From an uncultured delta proteobacterium (GTDB lineage: Bacteria; Myxococcota_A; UBA9160; JAFDET01), in contig CAMYLJ010000017.1 in assembly GCA_947259215.1 (NCBI GenBank), forward strand, positions 67,878-131,877: DNA of 64,000 bases. The letters run 5' to 3'. A program made the translations under genes and the position numbers. This document shows positions 8,041-16,656 of the stretch, one piece after another. How positions within the stretch are numbered: position 1 is the first letter of the stretch; each line of letters opens with the position of its first letter. Under the pieces are notes generated by a model. It made no database searches, was not told the DNA's origin, and saw nothing but the letters and a program-made list of their open reading frames with translations.

Positions 8041-10095
8041 CTACTCCGGATCGAGCTCCAGATCCAGCTCCTTGCGCTGGTCGTCGGCCCGGGCCGCGGC
8101 CTCGGCCCGCTCGCGCTCGATCTCCAGGGCCAGCTCGCGGCGCGTCTCCTCCGCCTTGACGCGCTCGGCCTCGAGGCGGCCGCGCCGCAGCTCCACCAGG
8201 CGCGCCTCCAGCAGCTCGTTGCGCTTCATCACCAGCTCTTCCGGCAGGTAGGGGTCGGCGGAGCCCGGGGCGTAGTTCACGGTGACGGTGTCGGTCGCCT
8301 CGGCGCCGTCGCTCGCCACCGCGGTCACCTCGATGCGGTTCTTCCCCGTTTCGAGCGGGACCAGGGCGTCGAAGGACCCGTCGGCGTGGGAGCGGACGTC
8401 GTGGGCCTCCTGGTCGAGGGTCAGGTTCCGCACCCGGACCTCGTCGATGTTGGCAAAGCTCACGCCCTCGATCACCGAGACGAGCCCTCCGGGATGGCGG
8501 ACCGGCGTGAACTTGCCGTCGGTGATGTTGGCCATCTCCACGGGGGCCACGGGACCGATGAGCGCCTCCGGGCCGATGGCGAAGGAGTGGATGCGGATGC
8601 CCGCACGCCGCGCTCGCTGCGCCGCCCGCAGCACCGCGCGGATGTTGTCCGCGTCGAAGCCCTGGTAGGGCAGGGTGGGAGCGCCGTCGGTGAAGAAGAG
8701 CACGATCTTCTCGCTGCTGCGGTCGGTCTCCGACAGGGAGCCCTGGAGGCCCAGCAGCTCGACGGTGGCCTGGTCGACGCCGGCCGCCATGTGGGTCATG
8801 CCGCGCGGGCCGCGCTCGCGCACCCGCACCAGGGCGTGGTCCACCCGCTCGAAGTCCGAGGTCAGGGGCTCGATCGTGAGCGCGGGTGCGATGGTGCTTC
8901 CGCTGCCGATCATGAAGCCCCGGCGCGCCGCCGCGGGCTCGCCGGCGAAGACCACGATCGCGACGCGCGTGTTGCGCGGGTCGAGGCCGCGCAGCAGGCG
9001 CTGCGCCGCGGCGACCTCCGCCGCCAGGATCGAGTCGCCGGGGTCGGTGCTGCCGCCGAACAGGGCGCCCAGGGGACCGAGTGGCGGTGCGCCGATGACG
9101 CCGTCGCCGTCCACGTCCACGCCGGTCGGCGTCGAGGTCGACTGGGAGGTGTCGAGCACCAGCACCACGTCGAAGCGCTTGAACTCGCCCTGGAGCGCCA
9201 GGGCGCGGCCGGCCACGAAGACTCCCGCGCGGTTGCCGACGATGCTGTCGTCCGGCGGCTGCTCGATCTCCATGCGCAGGCGCGTCGGTCCGGCGGCGCG
9301 CTCGGGCGGGTCGCTGGCGGGCTGCGCCGACGGGGGAGAGGTGGGGGTCCGGCCGGTCGCCGCGATCCAGGGTCGGTCTCCCGGCGGGCTGCGGGCGGTG
9401 AAGGGACGCCCCCGGCCCCCGTCCAACGGGCTGGCCAGCGCCGCCACGACGCCCTCGATGGGCGAGGCACCGACGCGCAGGGTGTCGGCGCTCGGCCACG
9501 CGGCCTGGAGCATGCCCACCACCTTGTCTCCCTCGAGCACCGGCGCACCGCCCCAGCCGCGCAGGTCGGCCGGCGAGTCGAGGTCCACCTCCAGGCGCGT
9601 GTGCGACACGCCGGCGACGGTTCCGAAGACCGCGACCTGGTCGCGCGTGCCGTCGCTCGGGATGCCGAGTACCTCCACGCGCGCGCCCAGGCGCGGCGCC
9701 TCGGGGGCGGGCTCGAGCACGCGCATCTCCGCCGGCTTCACGTCGAGGGCGAAGATCACGTAGTCGTCCCGCAGCGTGGCTCCGGGGTCGTGGAAGGGCC
9801 GCCCGGGCTCGCTGAAGTAGCGATTCGACAGCGAGACCCGCTCGCCGGTCCGGGCGAGCCGGAACTCCACCTCGCCCGCCTGCTCCAGCAGCTCGGGCTC
9901 GAAGGAGTGGGCCGCGCTCACCGCCACGGCGCCCACGTCGTCCGAGGCGGGCAGGAAGAACACGATCCCTGCGCCTCGCGTCTCGCCCGGGATCCGGATC
10001 AGCGAGCGCGCCACCGCGGGCTTCTCCGCGCGGGCAGCGCCGGGGACGAGCGCAGCGAGCAGCAGCAGGAGCAGGGCGACGGGGGGTCTTCGCAT
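8041..10095 (-). CDS. Secreted protein with a trypsin-like (apparently Ser-less) domain, a vWA domain and a C-terminal coiled coil
   Basis: ATG at 10095 (MRRPPVALLLLLLAALVPGAARA signal). SAAHS and DDYVIFALD resemble His/Asp protease motifs, but the GDSGGP position reads GWGGAP. vWA MIDAS motif VLVLDTSQS. The Glu/Arg-rich tail is ELALEIERERAEAAARADDQRKELDLELDPE. The longer track ORF (to 11466) is antisense to real genes. Confidence 0.75.
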   Translation of the reverse strand: MRRPPVALLLLLLAALVPGAARAEKPAVARSLIRIPGETRGAGIVFFLPASDDVGAVAVSAAHSFEPELLEQAGEVEFRLARTGERVSLSNRYFSEPGRPFHDPGATLRDDYVIFALDVKPAEMRVLEPAPEAPRLGARVEVLGIPSDGTRDQVAVFGTVAGVSHTRLEVDLDSPADLRGWGGAPVLEGDKVVGMLQAAWPSADTLRVGASPIEGVVAALASPLDGGRGRPFTARSPPGDRPWIAATGRTPTSPPSAQPASDPPERAAGPTRLRMEIEQPPDDSIVGNRAGVFVAGRALALQGEFKRFDVVLVLDTSQSTSTPTGVDVDGDGVIGAPPLGPLGALFGGSTDPGDSILAAEVAAAQRLLRGLDPRNTRVAIVVFAGEPAAARRGFMIGSGSTIAPALTIEPLTSDFERVDHALVRVRERGPRGMTHMAAGVDQATVELLGLQGSLSETDRSSEKIVLFFTDGAPTLPYQGFDADNIRAVLRAAQRARRAGIRIHSFAIGPEALIGPVAPVEMANITDGKFTPVRHPGGLVSVIEGVSFANIDEVRVRNLTLDQEAHDVRSHADGSFDALVPLETGKNRIEVTAVASDGAEATDTVTVNYAPGSADPYLPEELVMKRNELLEARLVELRRGRLEAERVKAEETRRELALEIERERAEAAARADDQRKELDLELDPE

Positions 10096-10104
10096 CCCGA
10101 GGCG

Positions 10105-10133
10105 ACCATACGAGACGCTCCCATGCCTGTCAC
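10105..10133 (-). promoter_or_regulatory. Sigma70-like promoter GTGACA-17-TATGGT for the vWA gene
   Basis: Read on the minus strand. The -10 TATGGT ends 9 nt before ATG 10095, giving a very short or absent leader. Confidence 0.4.
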
Positions 10134-10143
10134 GGCGACGGCG

Positions 10144-10172
10144 TTGACCGCGACGCAGCCCCTGTCTAGGCT
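10144..10172 (+). promoter_or_regulatory. Sigma70-like promoter TTGACC-17-TAGGCT for the dnaQ-like gene
   Basis: Exact TTGACC (10144-10149), 17-nt spacer, then TAGGCT (10167-10172), in the divergent intergenic region. Confidence 0.5.
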
Positions 10173-10224
10173 TCACCCTGCTCCTCCCCGATCCACACAC
10201 CCGTTTCCTCCGGGCGGCCCCTGA

Positions 10225-11079
10225 TTGGACGCAGCTGGCCCCCGTTTCGTTCTGCCCGGCGCCGCCGAGCGGCTCGGTAGCCTGCGCGCAAGGGGGCGTC
10301 CCATCCCCCTGGCCGAGCTGGCGGCGGGCCTCGTGGCGTCCCCGGATCCCGTGGCGCCGGCGCTGGCGCGCCGGGTCGTGGCTGCGGCGCTGGGGCGCCC
10401 GGCAGCCTCGCTGCCGGATCCCCTGCCCCCGGAGGCGCTGCCTTGCCGGCCGGCGGCCACGGTCCGGGAGACGGCGCTTCGCGACGCCTGCTTCACGGTG
10501 GTCGATCTGGAGACCACCGGTCTCTCGCCGCGGCGCGCCGCGATCCTGGAGATCGGGGCGGTGCGGGTGCGGGATCTCTCGCTGGCGGAACGCTTCGAGA
10601 CGCTCGTCGATCCCGGGTCGCCGGTGCCCCCGCGCATCACGGCGCTGACCGGGATCACGACGGCCATGCTGCGCGGGGCGCCGCCGGCCGGCCGCGCCCT
10701 CGCTGACCTGCGGGCGTGGCTCGACGACACGCCCGGAGCGCCCTTCGTGGCCCACAACGCGCCCTTCGACGCGGGCTTCGTGCAACGCGGGCTGGCGCAT
10801 CACGGGCTCGGCCCGCTCGAGGGGCCGGTGCTGTGCACGCGGCGCCTCGCCCGCAGACTCGCGCCCGAGCTGGGTCGCTACGGGCTCGAGCAGCTGACGG
10901 CCGCGTTCGGCATCCGGAACTCCGCCCGCCACCGCGCCCTGGGCGACGCCGTCGCGACCGCCGAGGCGCTCTGTGTGCTCATGGAGCGGGCCGGCGAGCG
11001 CCACGGCGTGCGCGATCTGGGCGCTCTGCTGGATCTCCACGCCACGCCGCCCCGCCGGCTGCGCGCCGCCCAGCCCTGA
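10225..11079 (+). CDS. DnaQ-like 3'-5' exonuclease (DEDDh, DNA pol III epsilon family) with an ~85-aa N-terminal extension
   Basis: FTVVDLETTGL (Exo I), FVAHNAPFDAGF (Exo II) and HRALGDAVATAE (Exo III). TTG 10225 is the first start after an in-frame TGA, so the start is uncertain. Confidence 0.8.
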   Translation: MDAAGPRFVLPGAAERLGSLRARGRPIPLAELAAGLVASPDPVAPALARRVVAAALGRPAASLPDPLPPEALPCRPAATVRETALRDACFTVVDLETTGLSPRRAAILEIGAVRVRDLSLAERFETLVDPGSPVPPRITALTGITTAMLRGAPPAGRALADLRAWLDDTPGAPFVAHNAPFDAGFVQRGLAHHGLGPLEGPVLCTRRLARRLAPELGRYGLEQLTAAFGIRNSARHRALGDAVATAEALCVLMERAGERHGVRDLGALLDLHATPPRRLRAAQP

Positions 11080-11131
11080 CGTGGGCGGCGGGCGTGGTAC
11101 GTTCGGCGTTGCACTGGGGGGTGCAGCGTCC

Positions 11132-11944
11132 ATGGCTCGCGGTCGTCGCTCGGGGCTGGTCTCGGCCCTCGTCGCCTTCGCGTTCGTCTCGGCGCCGGTG
11201 CGCGCCGACGCGCCCGTGGACCCCGATCGCTTCGACACGGTGGTGATCGATCCGGGCCATGGGGGCGAGGACGAGGGCGCTCGCGCCCACGGGCTGATCG
11301 AGAAGGAGCTGGTGCTGGACGTGTCGCAGCGCCTGGCCGCACACCTGCGCCGGTCGGGGCTGCGCGTGGTGCTGACCCGCGAGGCGGACCAGCGCGTGGC
11401 TCTCGAGACGCGCACCTTCCGCGCCAACGACGCGCGCGGCGACCTCTTCATCTCCGTGCACGCCAACTCCGCCGCCGTGCGCAGCGCCCGGGGCGTCGAG
11501 ACCTACTTCATGGCCCTGGAGGCCAGCGACGCCGACGCCGAGCGGGTGGCGGCCCGCGAGAACCGCGCCTTCGCGGGCGAGGCGGCCAGCCCCGCCGCCC
11601 TCGATCCCCTGGCTGCGATCCTCGGGGACATGCGCAGCAACGAGCACCTGCGGGACTCCGACGAGTTCGCTCGCCTGGTCCAGGCGCAGCTCGGCCGGGT
11701 CCCGGATGCCCGCTCGCGCGGGGTGCGCCAGGCGCCGTTCGTGGTGCTGATGAACGTGCAGATGCCGGCCTCGCTGGTGGAGATCGGGTTCATCAGCAAC
11801 CAGGAGGACGCCCGGGACCTGGCCCGCAGCGAGCGGCGGGACGAGATCGCCCAGGCGCTGGCGCGGGCGGTGATCGCCTTCGGCGACCGCTACGATGCCC
11901 GACGAGGGGTGGAGCGCGAGTCGAGCTCACCCGGAGGATCATGA
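11132..11944 (+). CDS. N-acetylmuramoyl-L-alanine amidase (Amidase_3 / AmiC-like), secreted
   Basis: Signal peptide, then VVIDPGHGGEDEGA, FISVHANS and LVEIGFISN motifs. ATG at 11132. Confidence 0.85.
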   Translation: MARGRRSGLVSALVAFAFVSAPVRADAPVDPDRFDTVVIDPGHGGEDEGARAHGLIEKELVLDVSQRLAAHLRRSGLRVVLTREADQRVALETRTFRANDARGDLFISVHANSAAVRSARGVETYFMALEASDADAERVAARENRAFAGEAASPAALDPLAAILGDMRSNEHLRDSDEFARLVQAQLGRVPDARSRGVRQAPFVVLMNVQMPASLVEIGFISNQEDARDLARSERRDEIAQALARAVIAFGDRYDARRGVERESSSPGGS

Positions 11945-12672
11945 TGCGCCAGGATGGCCGCCGCGCCGACGAGCTGCGAACCCTGCGGCTGGTACCGGAC
12001 TTCACCCGCAACCCGCTCGGCTCGATCCTGTGCGAGATGGGCGGGACCATGGTGCTCTGCACGGTCCACGAGGAGCTGACGGTGCCGCGCTTCCTCCAGG
12101 GCACCGGCCGCGGCTGGGTGACCGCCGAGTACTCCATGCTTCCGGGCTCCACCGACCGGCGCGTCGAGCGGGAGGCCACCCGCGGGCGGCTCTCCGGGCG
12201 CACCCAGGAGATCCAGCGCCTGATCGGGCGCAGCTTGCGCGCCGTGACCGACCTCGACGGCCTGGGCGAGCGCACCCTGTGGGTGGATTGCGACGTGCTC
12301 CAGGCGGACGGCGGGACGCGCACTGCGTCCATCACCGGCGCCTATGTGGCGCTGGCCATGGCGCTGCGGCGCGTGGCGGCGCGGGGTGTGATGGATCGCG
12401 TGCCCCTCAGCGACTCGGTCGCCGCCGTCTCCGTGGGCATCGTCGACGGCGAGGTGCGCCTGGACCTGCCGTACGAAGAGGACTCGCGCGCGGAGGTGGA
12501 TCTCAACCTGGTGGCGACCGGCAAGGGTCGGCTGGTCGAGGTGCAGGGCACCGCCGAGGGCGCCACGTTCAGCGCGGACGACCTGGCGCAGATGACGGCC
12601 ACCGCACTGGCGGGGACGGCGGAGCTGACGCGCATCCAGGAGAAGGCCCTGGCCGAAGCCGCGGCGCGATGA
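11941..12672 (+). CDS. rph: Ribonuclease PH
   Basis: MRQDGRRADELR..., GSILCEMGGTMVLC, WVTAEYSMLPGST and DCDVLQADGGTRTASITGAYVAL. ATGA overlap with the amidase stop. Confidence 0.95.
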   Translation: MMRQDGRRADELRTLRLVPDFTRNPLGSILCEMGGTMVLCTVHEELTVPRFLQGTGRGWVTAEYSMLPGSTDRRVEREATRGRLSGRTQEIQRLIGRSLRAVTDLDGLGERTLWVDCDVLQADGGTRTASITGAYVALAMALRRVAARGVMDRVPLSDSVAAVSVGIVDGEVRLDLPYEEDSRAEVDLNLVATGKGRLVEVQGTAEGATFSADDLAQMTATALAGTAELTRIQEKALAEAAAR

Positions 12673-13277
12673 GCCAGCCCGCCATCGCGGCGGCGACCGG
12701 CAACCGCGGCAAGCTGCGCGAGCTCCGGGCGCTCCTGTCCGGTCTCGGCTTCGAGGTACGCGGCCTCGACGCGCTGCCTCCGATCGAGCTTCCCGACGAG
12801 GGCGACGACTACGAGGCCAACGCCGTCGCCAAGGCGCGGGCGGTCGCGGAGGCGAGCGGGCTGCCCGCGCTGGGCGACGACTCGGGCCTCGAGGTGGACG
12901 CCCTGGGCGGCGCGCCCGGTCCGCGCTCGGCGCGCTACGGCGGGCCGGATCTGGACGACCCAGGGCGCGTGGCGCACCTGCTCGAGGCGCTGGCCGAGGT
13001 GGAGCCCGGGCGTCGCGGCGCGCACTTCGTCTGCGTGGCCGCGCTGGTGACTCCTGCCGGCGCGGTGCAGGTGGCGCGGGGCGAGTGGCCAGGCCGGATC
13101 CTGGGGGCCGCTCGCGGCGTCGGCGGCTTCGGCTACGACCCGGTCTTCTGGGTCGACGAGCTGGGTGCGGCGGCCGCGGAGCTGCCCGCCGCGCTCAAGA
13201 ACCGGGTCTCCCACCGGGCGCGTGCGTTGGCCGGGCTGCGCGAGGCGCTCGCCGGCGTGGCCGCCGCACGCGGCTAG
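12669..13277 (+). CDS. rdgB: dITP/XTP pyrophosphatase (RdgB/HAM1 family)
   Basis: ATGNRGKLRE, LGDDSGLEVDALGGAPG, GFGYDPVF and SHRARAL. ATGA overlap with rph, a classic rph-rdgB pair. Confidence 0.9.
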   Translation: MSQPAIAAATGNRGKLRELRALLSGLGFEVRGLDALPPIELPDEGDDYEANAVAKARAVAEASGLPALGDDSGLEVDALGGAPGPRSARYGGPDLDDPGRVAHLLEALAEVEPGRRGAHFVCVAALVTPAGAVQVARGEWPGRILGAARGVGGFGYDPVFWVDELGAAAAELPAALKNRVSHRARALAGLREALAGVAAARG

Positions 13278-13555
13278 AGCCGGGCGAAGACCTCCTCGGG
13301 GGGCGGGTAGCTCGGGTCGAAGCGAGCCAGTCGGCGCCGCAGGCGCCGCTCGGAGCGGGCCGCCAGGCGCAGTCCCAGATCGGCCAGGAAGCGGTGTGCC
13401 GGCCCGTCGATGAAGGCCAGGGCGCCGTCGCGAGAGAGCTCCTCGGGATCGAATCCGGCGTCCCGCAGGGCCGTCCACAGGGCGAAGCGCGGAACGGCCA
13501 GGTCGAGAGCCAGCGAGAGCTCCTGGACCAGATGATCGAAGCGTCGGCGCCGCAT
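13274..13555 (-). CDS. Hypothetical 93-aa protein
   Basis: Strong SD (AAGGAGGGAGG) before the ATG, GC3-rich codons and a non-repetitive sequence. I recognised no family. Confidence 0.6.
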   Translation of the reverse strand: MRRRRFDHLVQELSLALDLAVPRFALWTALRDAGFDPEELSRDGALAFIDGPAHRFLADLGLRLAARSERRLRRRLARFDPSYPPPEEVFARL

Positions 13556-13623
13556 CCTCCCTCCTTGCCACCGGATGGAAGTGGTGTGCGGGCTTCGGAA
13601 GTGTCAGCGCAGCCACGGCCCGC

Positions 13624-13629
13624 TAGCCT
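13624..13629 (+). promoter_or_regulatory. -10 element TAGCCT, 6 nt upstream of GTG 13636 (leaderless candidate)
   Basis: gcTAGCCTgcgcccGTG. There is no SD. GTGTCA lies 17 nt upstream as a weak -35. Confidence 0.45.
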
Positions 13630-13635
13630 GCGCCC

Positions 13636-14973
13636 GTGACCGCGCTCCGCGCAGCGCTCCTCGGCGGGCTGGCGGCTGCCGCCTGCGCGGGCCCGCCGGG
13701 GCGCCCGCTCGACGCGGACTTCCTGGCGCCGTGGATCGAGTGGACCGAGGCGGCTCGCGACGAGCGCTTCCGGGCCCCCGTCGTCGGGCGTGCGCTCGCG
13801 CCCGACGAGCTGGCCGAGGTCGTGGTTCGCGAGCTCGACGCGACCTTCCCCGCGAGGGAGCTCGAGCGCATCGGGTGGGCGGGTCGCTCGATCGGTCTGC
13901 TTCCGCCCGACAGCGACCTGCGCCGCGCGCTGCTCGACTTCGCCAGCGACGGTCTGGCCGGCTTCTACTCGCCGCGGCGCCGCGCGCTGTTCGTGGTGGC
14001 CGAGCCGAGGGGCGGACGCGTGGGCCGGCTCGGCCCGGCCGGGTCGCCGCGTCTGCGCGATCCGACCGTGATGGTTCACGAGCTGACGCACGCCCTCCAG
14101 GCGCAGCGCTCCGAGCTGCTGGATCTGACCGTCGTGCTGCGCGAGCACGACGACCTGGCCTTCGCGCTCGGCGCGGTGCTGGAAGGCGAGGCCGTGTGGA
14201 CGGCCTTCCGCGACCTCGAACGGCGGCAGGGGATCCCTCTGACGGCTCCCGACGCCTACGCGCAGGAGATGAGCCTGGCCTGGGCCGAAGAGGCGTACCC
14301 CGAGATCCCGCGCGCCTTGCGCGACCCGATCCTGCTGCAGTACCCGCTCGGCTACGCCCTCGTGACTCGCTGGGCCGCGCGCGGCGAGCTCGATGCGCTG
14401 CTGGCGCAGCCGCCGCTCTCGAGCGAGGAGCTGCTGCATCCCGAGCGGGACGCCGCGGGGGAGACCGGCGTGCCCTTTCTCGAGCTTCCCGACGAGGCGC
14501 CCCGGGGCTGCGCGCTCCAGCATCGCAACACCCTGGGCGAGCTCGGACTGCGCATCTGGCTGGCGGAACGGCGCGGTCCCGAGAGCTGGATCGCGGAGCC
14601 GGCGGCGGGCTGGGAGGGAGATCGCCTGGCGGTGTACTCCTGCCCGGGGGAGCGCGCGGCCTTCGTCTGGGTGCTTCGCTTCGAGACGCCGGCGGACGCG
14701 CGCGCGTTCGAGGTGGTGGCGAGCGACGGCCTGGTCGACCTGGGCGCCGAGCTGGTGGGGCCGCCGCGCGTGGAGCGGCCGGATGCCACCACGGTCGTGC
14801 TCGCGGCGGGCGTCGACGATGCCTTGCGCGCGCGGTTGCTGGGCGGCATGCGCGCTCGCGCGTACCGGAGCCTGGCGGACTTCCTGGCCGATCGTCCGGA
14901 GCTGCGCGAGGCGCTCGACGCGCTACCCCGGGCCCAGGTTCGCCCGGGGGCGGCCCCCGCTGCGGTACGCTGA
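13636..14973 (+). CDS. Lipoprotein, putative zinc metallopeptidase (HExxH)
   Basis: Lipobox AAAACAG. VMVHELTHALQ carries the HExxH motif. 445 aa. Confidence 0.65.
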   Translation: MTALRAALLGGLAAAACAGPPGRPLDADFLAPWIEWTEAARDERFRAPVVGRALAPDELAEVVVRELDATFPARELERIGWAGRSIGLLPPDSDLRRALLDFASDGLAGFYSPRRRALFVVAEPRGGRVGRLGPAGSPRLRDPTVMVHELTHALQAQRSELLDLTVVLREHDDLAFALGAVLEGEAVWTAFRDLERRQGIPLTAPDAYAQEMSLAWAEEAYPEIPRALRDPILLQYPLGYALVTRWAARGELDALLAQPPLSSEELLHPERDAAGETGVPFLELPDEAPRGCALQHRNTLGELGLRIWLAERRGPESWIAEPAAGWEGDRLAVYSCPGERAAFVWVLRFETPADARAFEVVASDGLVDLGAELVGPPRVERPDATTVVLAAGVDDALRARLLGGMRARAYRSLADFLADRPELREALDALPRAQVRPGAAPAAVR

Positions 14974-15004
14974 ACCGGAGCGCGGGGTCGCGGCATCGAA
15001 GGCC

Positions 15005-15030
15005 GTAACCGGACCGCGGGCGGGGCCGTA
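15005..15030 (+). promoter_or_regulatory. ECF-type promoter candidate GTAACC-N16-CGTA upstream of the ECF sigma gene
   Basis: AAC...CGT spacing is typical of ECF autoregulated promoters. CGTA ends 6 nt before ATG 15037, which would make the sigma mRNA leaderless. Confidence 0.3.
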
Positions 15031-15036
15031 GGATTC

Positions 15037-15603
15037 ATGGGCTGGCTGAGCGACGAGTGCGAGGCCCGGTGCCGGGGCTGGATGATCGCTGCCCAGGGTG
15101 GCGACGGCGAGGCCTACGAGAGGCTGCTGCGAGAGCTCCTGCCGCTGCTGCGCCGCTTCGTGGGAGGCCGGGTTCCGGAGGCGTCGGCCGTGGAAGATGT
15201 GGTGCAGAACGTGCTGCTCTCGGTGCACCGTGCGCGCCACACGTACCGCTCGGAGCGCCCGTTCGGTCCCTGGCTGCGCGCGGTGGCTCGCAATGCCGTG
15301 ATGGACTACCTGCGTTCGCGCCAGCGCCGGGTGCTGCGGGAGCTGCCGTTGGAAGCGGCGGCGGGCGTGGCCGGCGAGCTCGCACTGGAGACCCGCCCGC
15401 GCGGGCTGTCTCCCGAGCTTCGCTCGGCATTGGAACGCCTGCCGAGCGGTCAGCGCGAGGCGGTGGAGCTGATCCAGATCCAGGGCCTGTCGGTCGCCGA
15501 GGCCGCCCGGCGTGCCGGCGTCAAGCCCGGCGCCCTGAAGGTGCGGGCCCACCGCGGCTACCGGGCGTTGCGGGGCCTGCTCGCGGAGCGCGAGGAGCTG
15601 TGA
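15037..15603 (+). CDS. ECF (sigma-70 family) RNA polymerase sigma factor
   Basis: Region 2 (DVVQNVLLSVHRA...FGPWLRAVARNAVMDYLR) and region 4 (LPSGQREAVELIQIQGLSVAEAARRAGVKPGALKVRAHRG). An alternative start is ATG 15082. Confidence 0.85.
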   Translation: MGWLSDECEARCRGWMIAAQGGDGEAYERLLRELLPLLRRFVGGRVPEASAVEDVVQNVLLSVHRARHTYRSERPFGPWLRAVARNAVMDYLRSRQRRVLRELPLEAAAGVAGELALETRPRGLSPELRSALERLPSGQREAVELIQIQGLSVAEAARRAGVKPGALKVRAHRGYRALRGLLAEREEL

Positions 15604-16274
15604 GCGAGCCGACCGAGCGCCTGGTGCAGAGCCTGGCGAGCGACCTCGCCGCGGTGCGCCCACTCCCGCCGCTGCGGCGCATGCTGGCGGGGATCGGGGG
15701 GCTCGGCCTCGTCGCTCTCGGGTTCGCGTTCGGGCTGCGGGGCGCGAGCCTGCAGCCGTTCCAGGTGGCGTCCAGCCATCCGGCCTACCTCTGCATCTGG
15801 ATCGGCTTGTTGGCCGTGGCCGTGGGCGGTCTGGTCGCGGCGCTCGCCGGGGCCGTGCCGGGCCGTCGGGTCGCAGTCCGCACGGGAGTCGCACTGATGA
15901 CGGCGGGCGCGCTGCTGGCGATCGCTGTCGGCGGGCTGCTGGCCTTCACGGGGGCGGAGGCCGGCGGGGCCGCCGCTGCGCCGCGGGCGGCCGGGATCTG
16001 CGCGTCCCTCGCCCTGGCGCTCGGGATTCCCGCGGCCGTCGTGGGTCTCGGCTTCGTGCTCCGGGGCTGGCCGGCGCGCCCCCTGGCGTGCCTGCTGGCC
16101 GCCGCGATGGGAGCCGGCGCCCTCGGCGCCTGCGTGACCCACATGACCTGCGTGCAGGTGGACGCGCTGCACTGGATGCTCGGCCACGTGCTGGGACCGC
16201 TCTTCGGCGCGGCTCTGCTGGCCCTTCCCTTCCAGGTCCTGGCCCGCAGCGGCCGTCGCGCCCGCGCCGCCTGA
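15600..16274 (+). CDS. Membrane anti-sigma factor, NrsF/DUF1109-like
   Basis: GTGA overlap with the sigma gene. The N-terminus TERLVQSLASDLAAVRPLPP followed by about 6 TM helices matches my recollection of DUF1109. Confidence 0.6.
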   Translation: MSEPTERLVQSLASDLAAVRPLPPLRRMLAGIGGLGLVALGFAFGLRGASLQPFQVASSHPAYLCIWIGLLAVAVGGLVAALAGAVPGRRVAVRTGVALMTAGALLAIAVGGLLAFTGAEAGGAAAAPRAAGICASLALALGIPAAVVGLGFVLRGWPARPLACLLAAAMGAGALGACVTHMTCVQVDALHWMLGHVLGPLFGAALLALPFQVLARSGRRARAA

Positions 16275-16305
16275 GGCGCGCCGCCTGCGCTAGGGTGCGG
16301 GCGTC

Positions 16306-16656
16306 GTGCACGTCCGCCGGGCTTCCATCGCCATCCTGCTGGCCACCGCGTGCGCGGCGGCTTTCCCGTCGCGGGCCGACCAGGCCGAGGAGCGCGTCCT
16401 GGTCCACTACCCCGCCGGAGCGTGCGAGACCGGGCAGATCCAGATCGAGGTCTTCGTTCGCGAGACGGCCACGTGGATCGCACATCCGGAGCACCCACTG
16501 GTGGAGGCCGGAAGCTGCCAGCTCGAGATCTCCTACCGGCTCCTGAACGAGCTGCGGATCCGCTGCGTGGACCCCGACGGCCGGCGCGAGCCGTCGGAGT
16601 GGGTCACGGGCGTGGCCCTGCGACCCCGCGAGAGCGCGAGCCCGTGCGCGCCCTGA
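16306..16656 (+). CDS. Small secreted Cys-containing protein (116 aa), unknown function
   Basis: GTG start 9 nt after TAGGGT (16291-16296). Signal peptide ILLATACAAAFPSRA and five further Cys residues. Confidence 0.55.
   Translation: MHVRRASIAILLATACAAAFPSRADQAEERVLVHYPAGACETGQIQIEVFVRETATWIAHPEHPLVEAGSCQLEISYRLLNELRIRCVDPDGRREPSEWVTGVALRPRESASPCAP

Noticed and set aside
11108-11127. A hairpin (gttgcac-tggggg-gtgcagc) between the dnaQ-like and amidase genes as a regulatory element.
   Set aside because: The stem is short and imperfect, it overlaps the probable G-rich RBS, and nothing distinguishes it from chance pairing in GC-rich DNA.
8041-11466. A single 1141-aa minus-strand protein, as suggested by the track.
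   Set aside because: The N-terminal ~457 codons are antisense to the dnaQ-like and amidase genes and look like junk. A clean signal peptide starts at ATG 10095, behind a TATGGT box.
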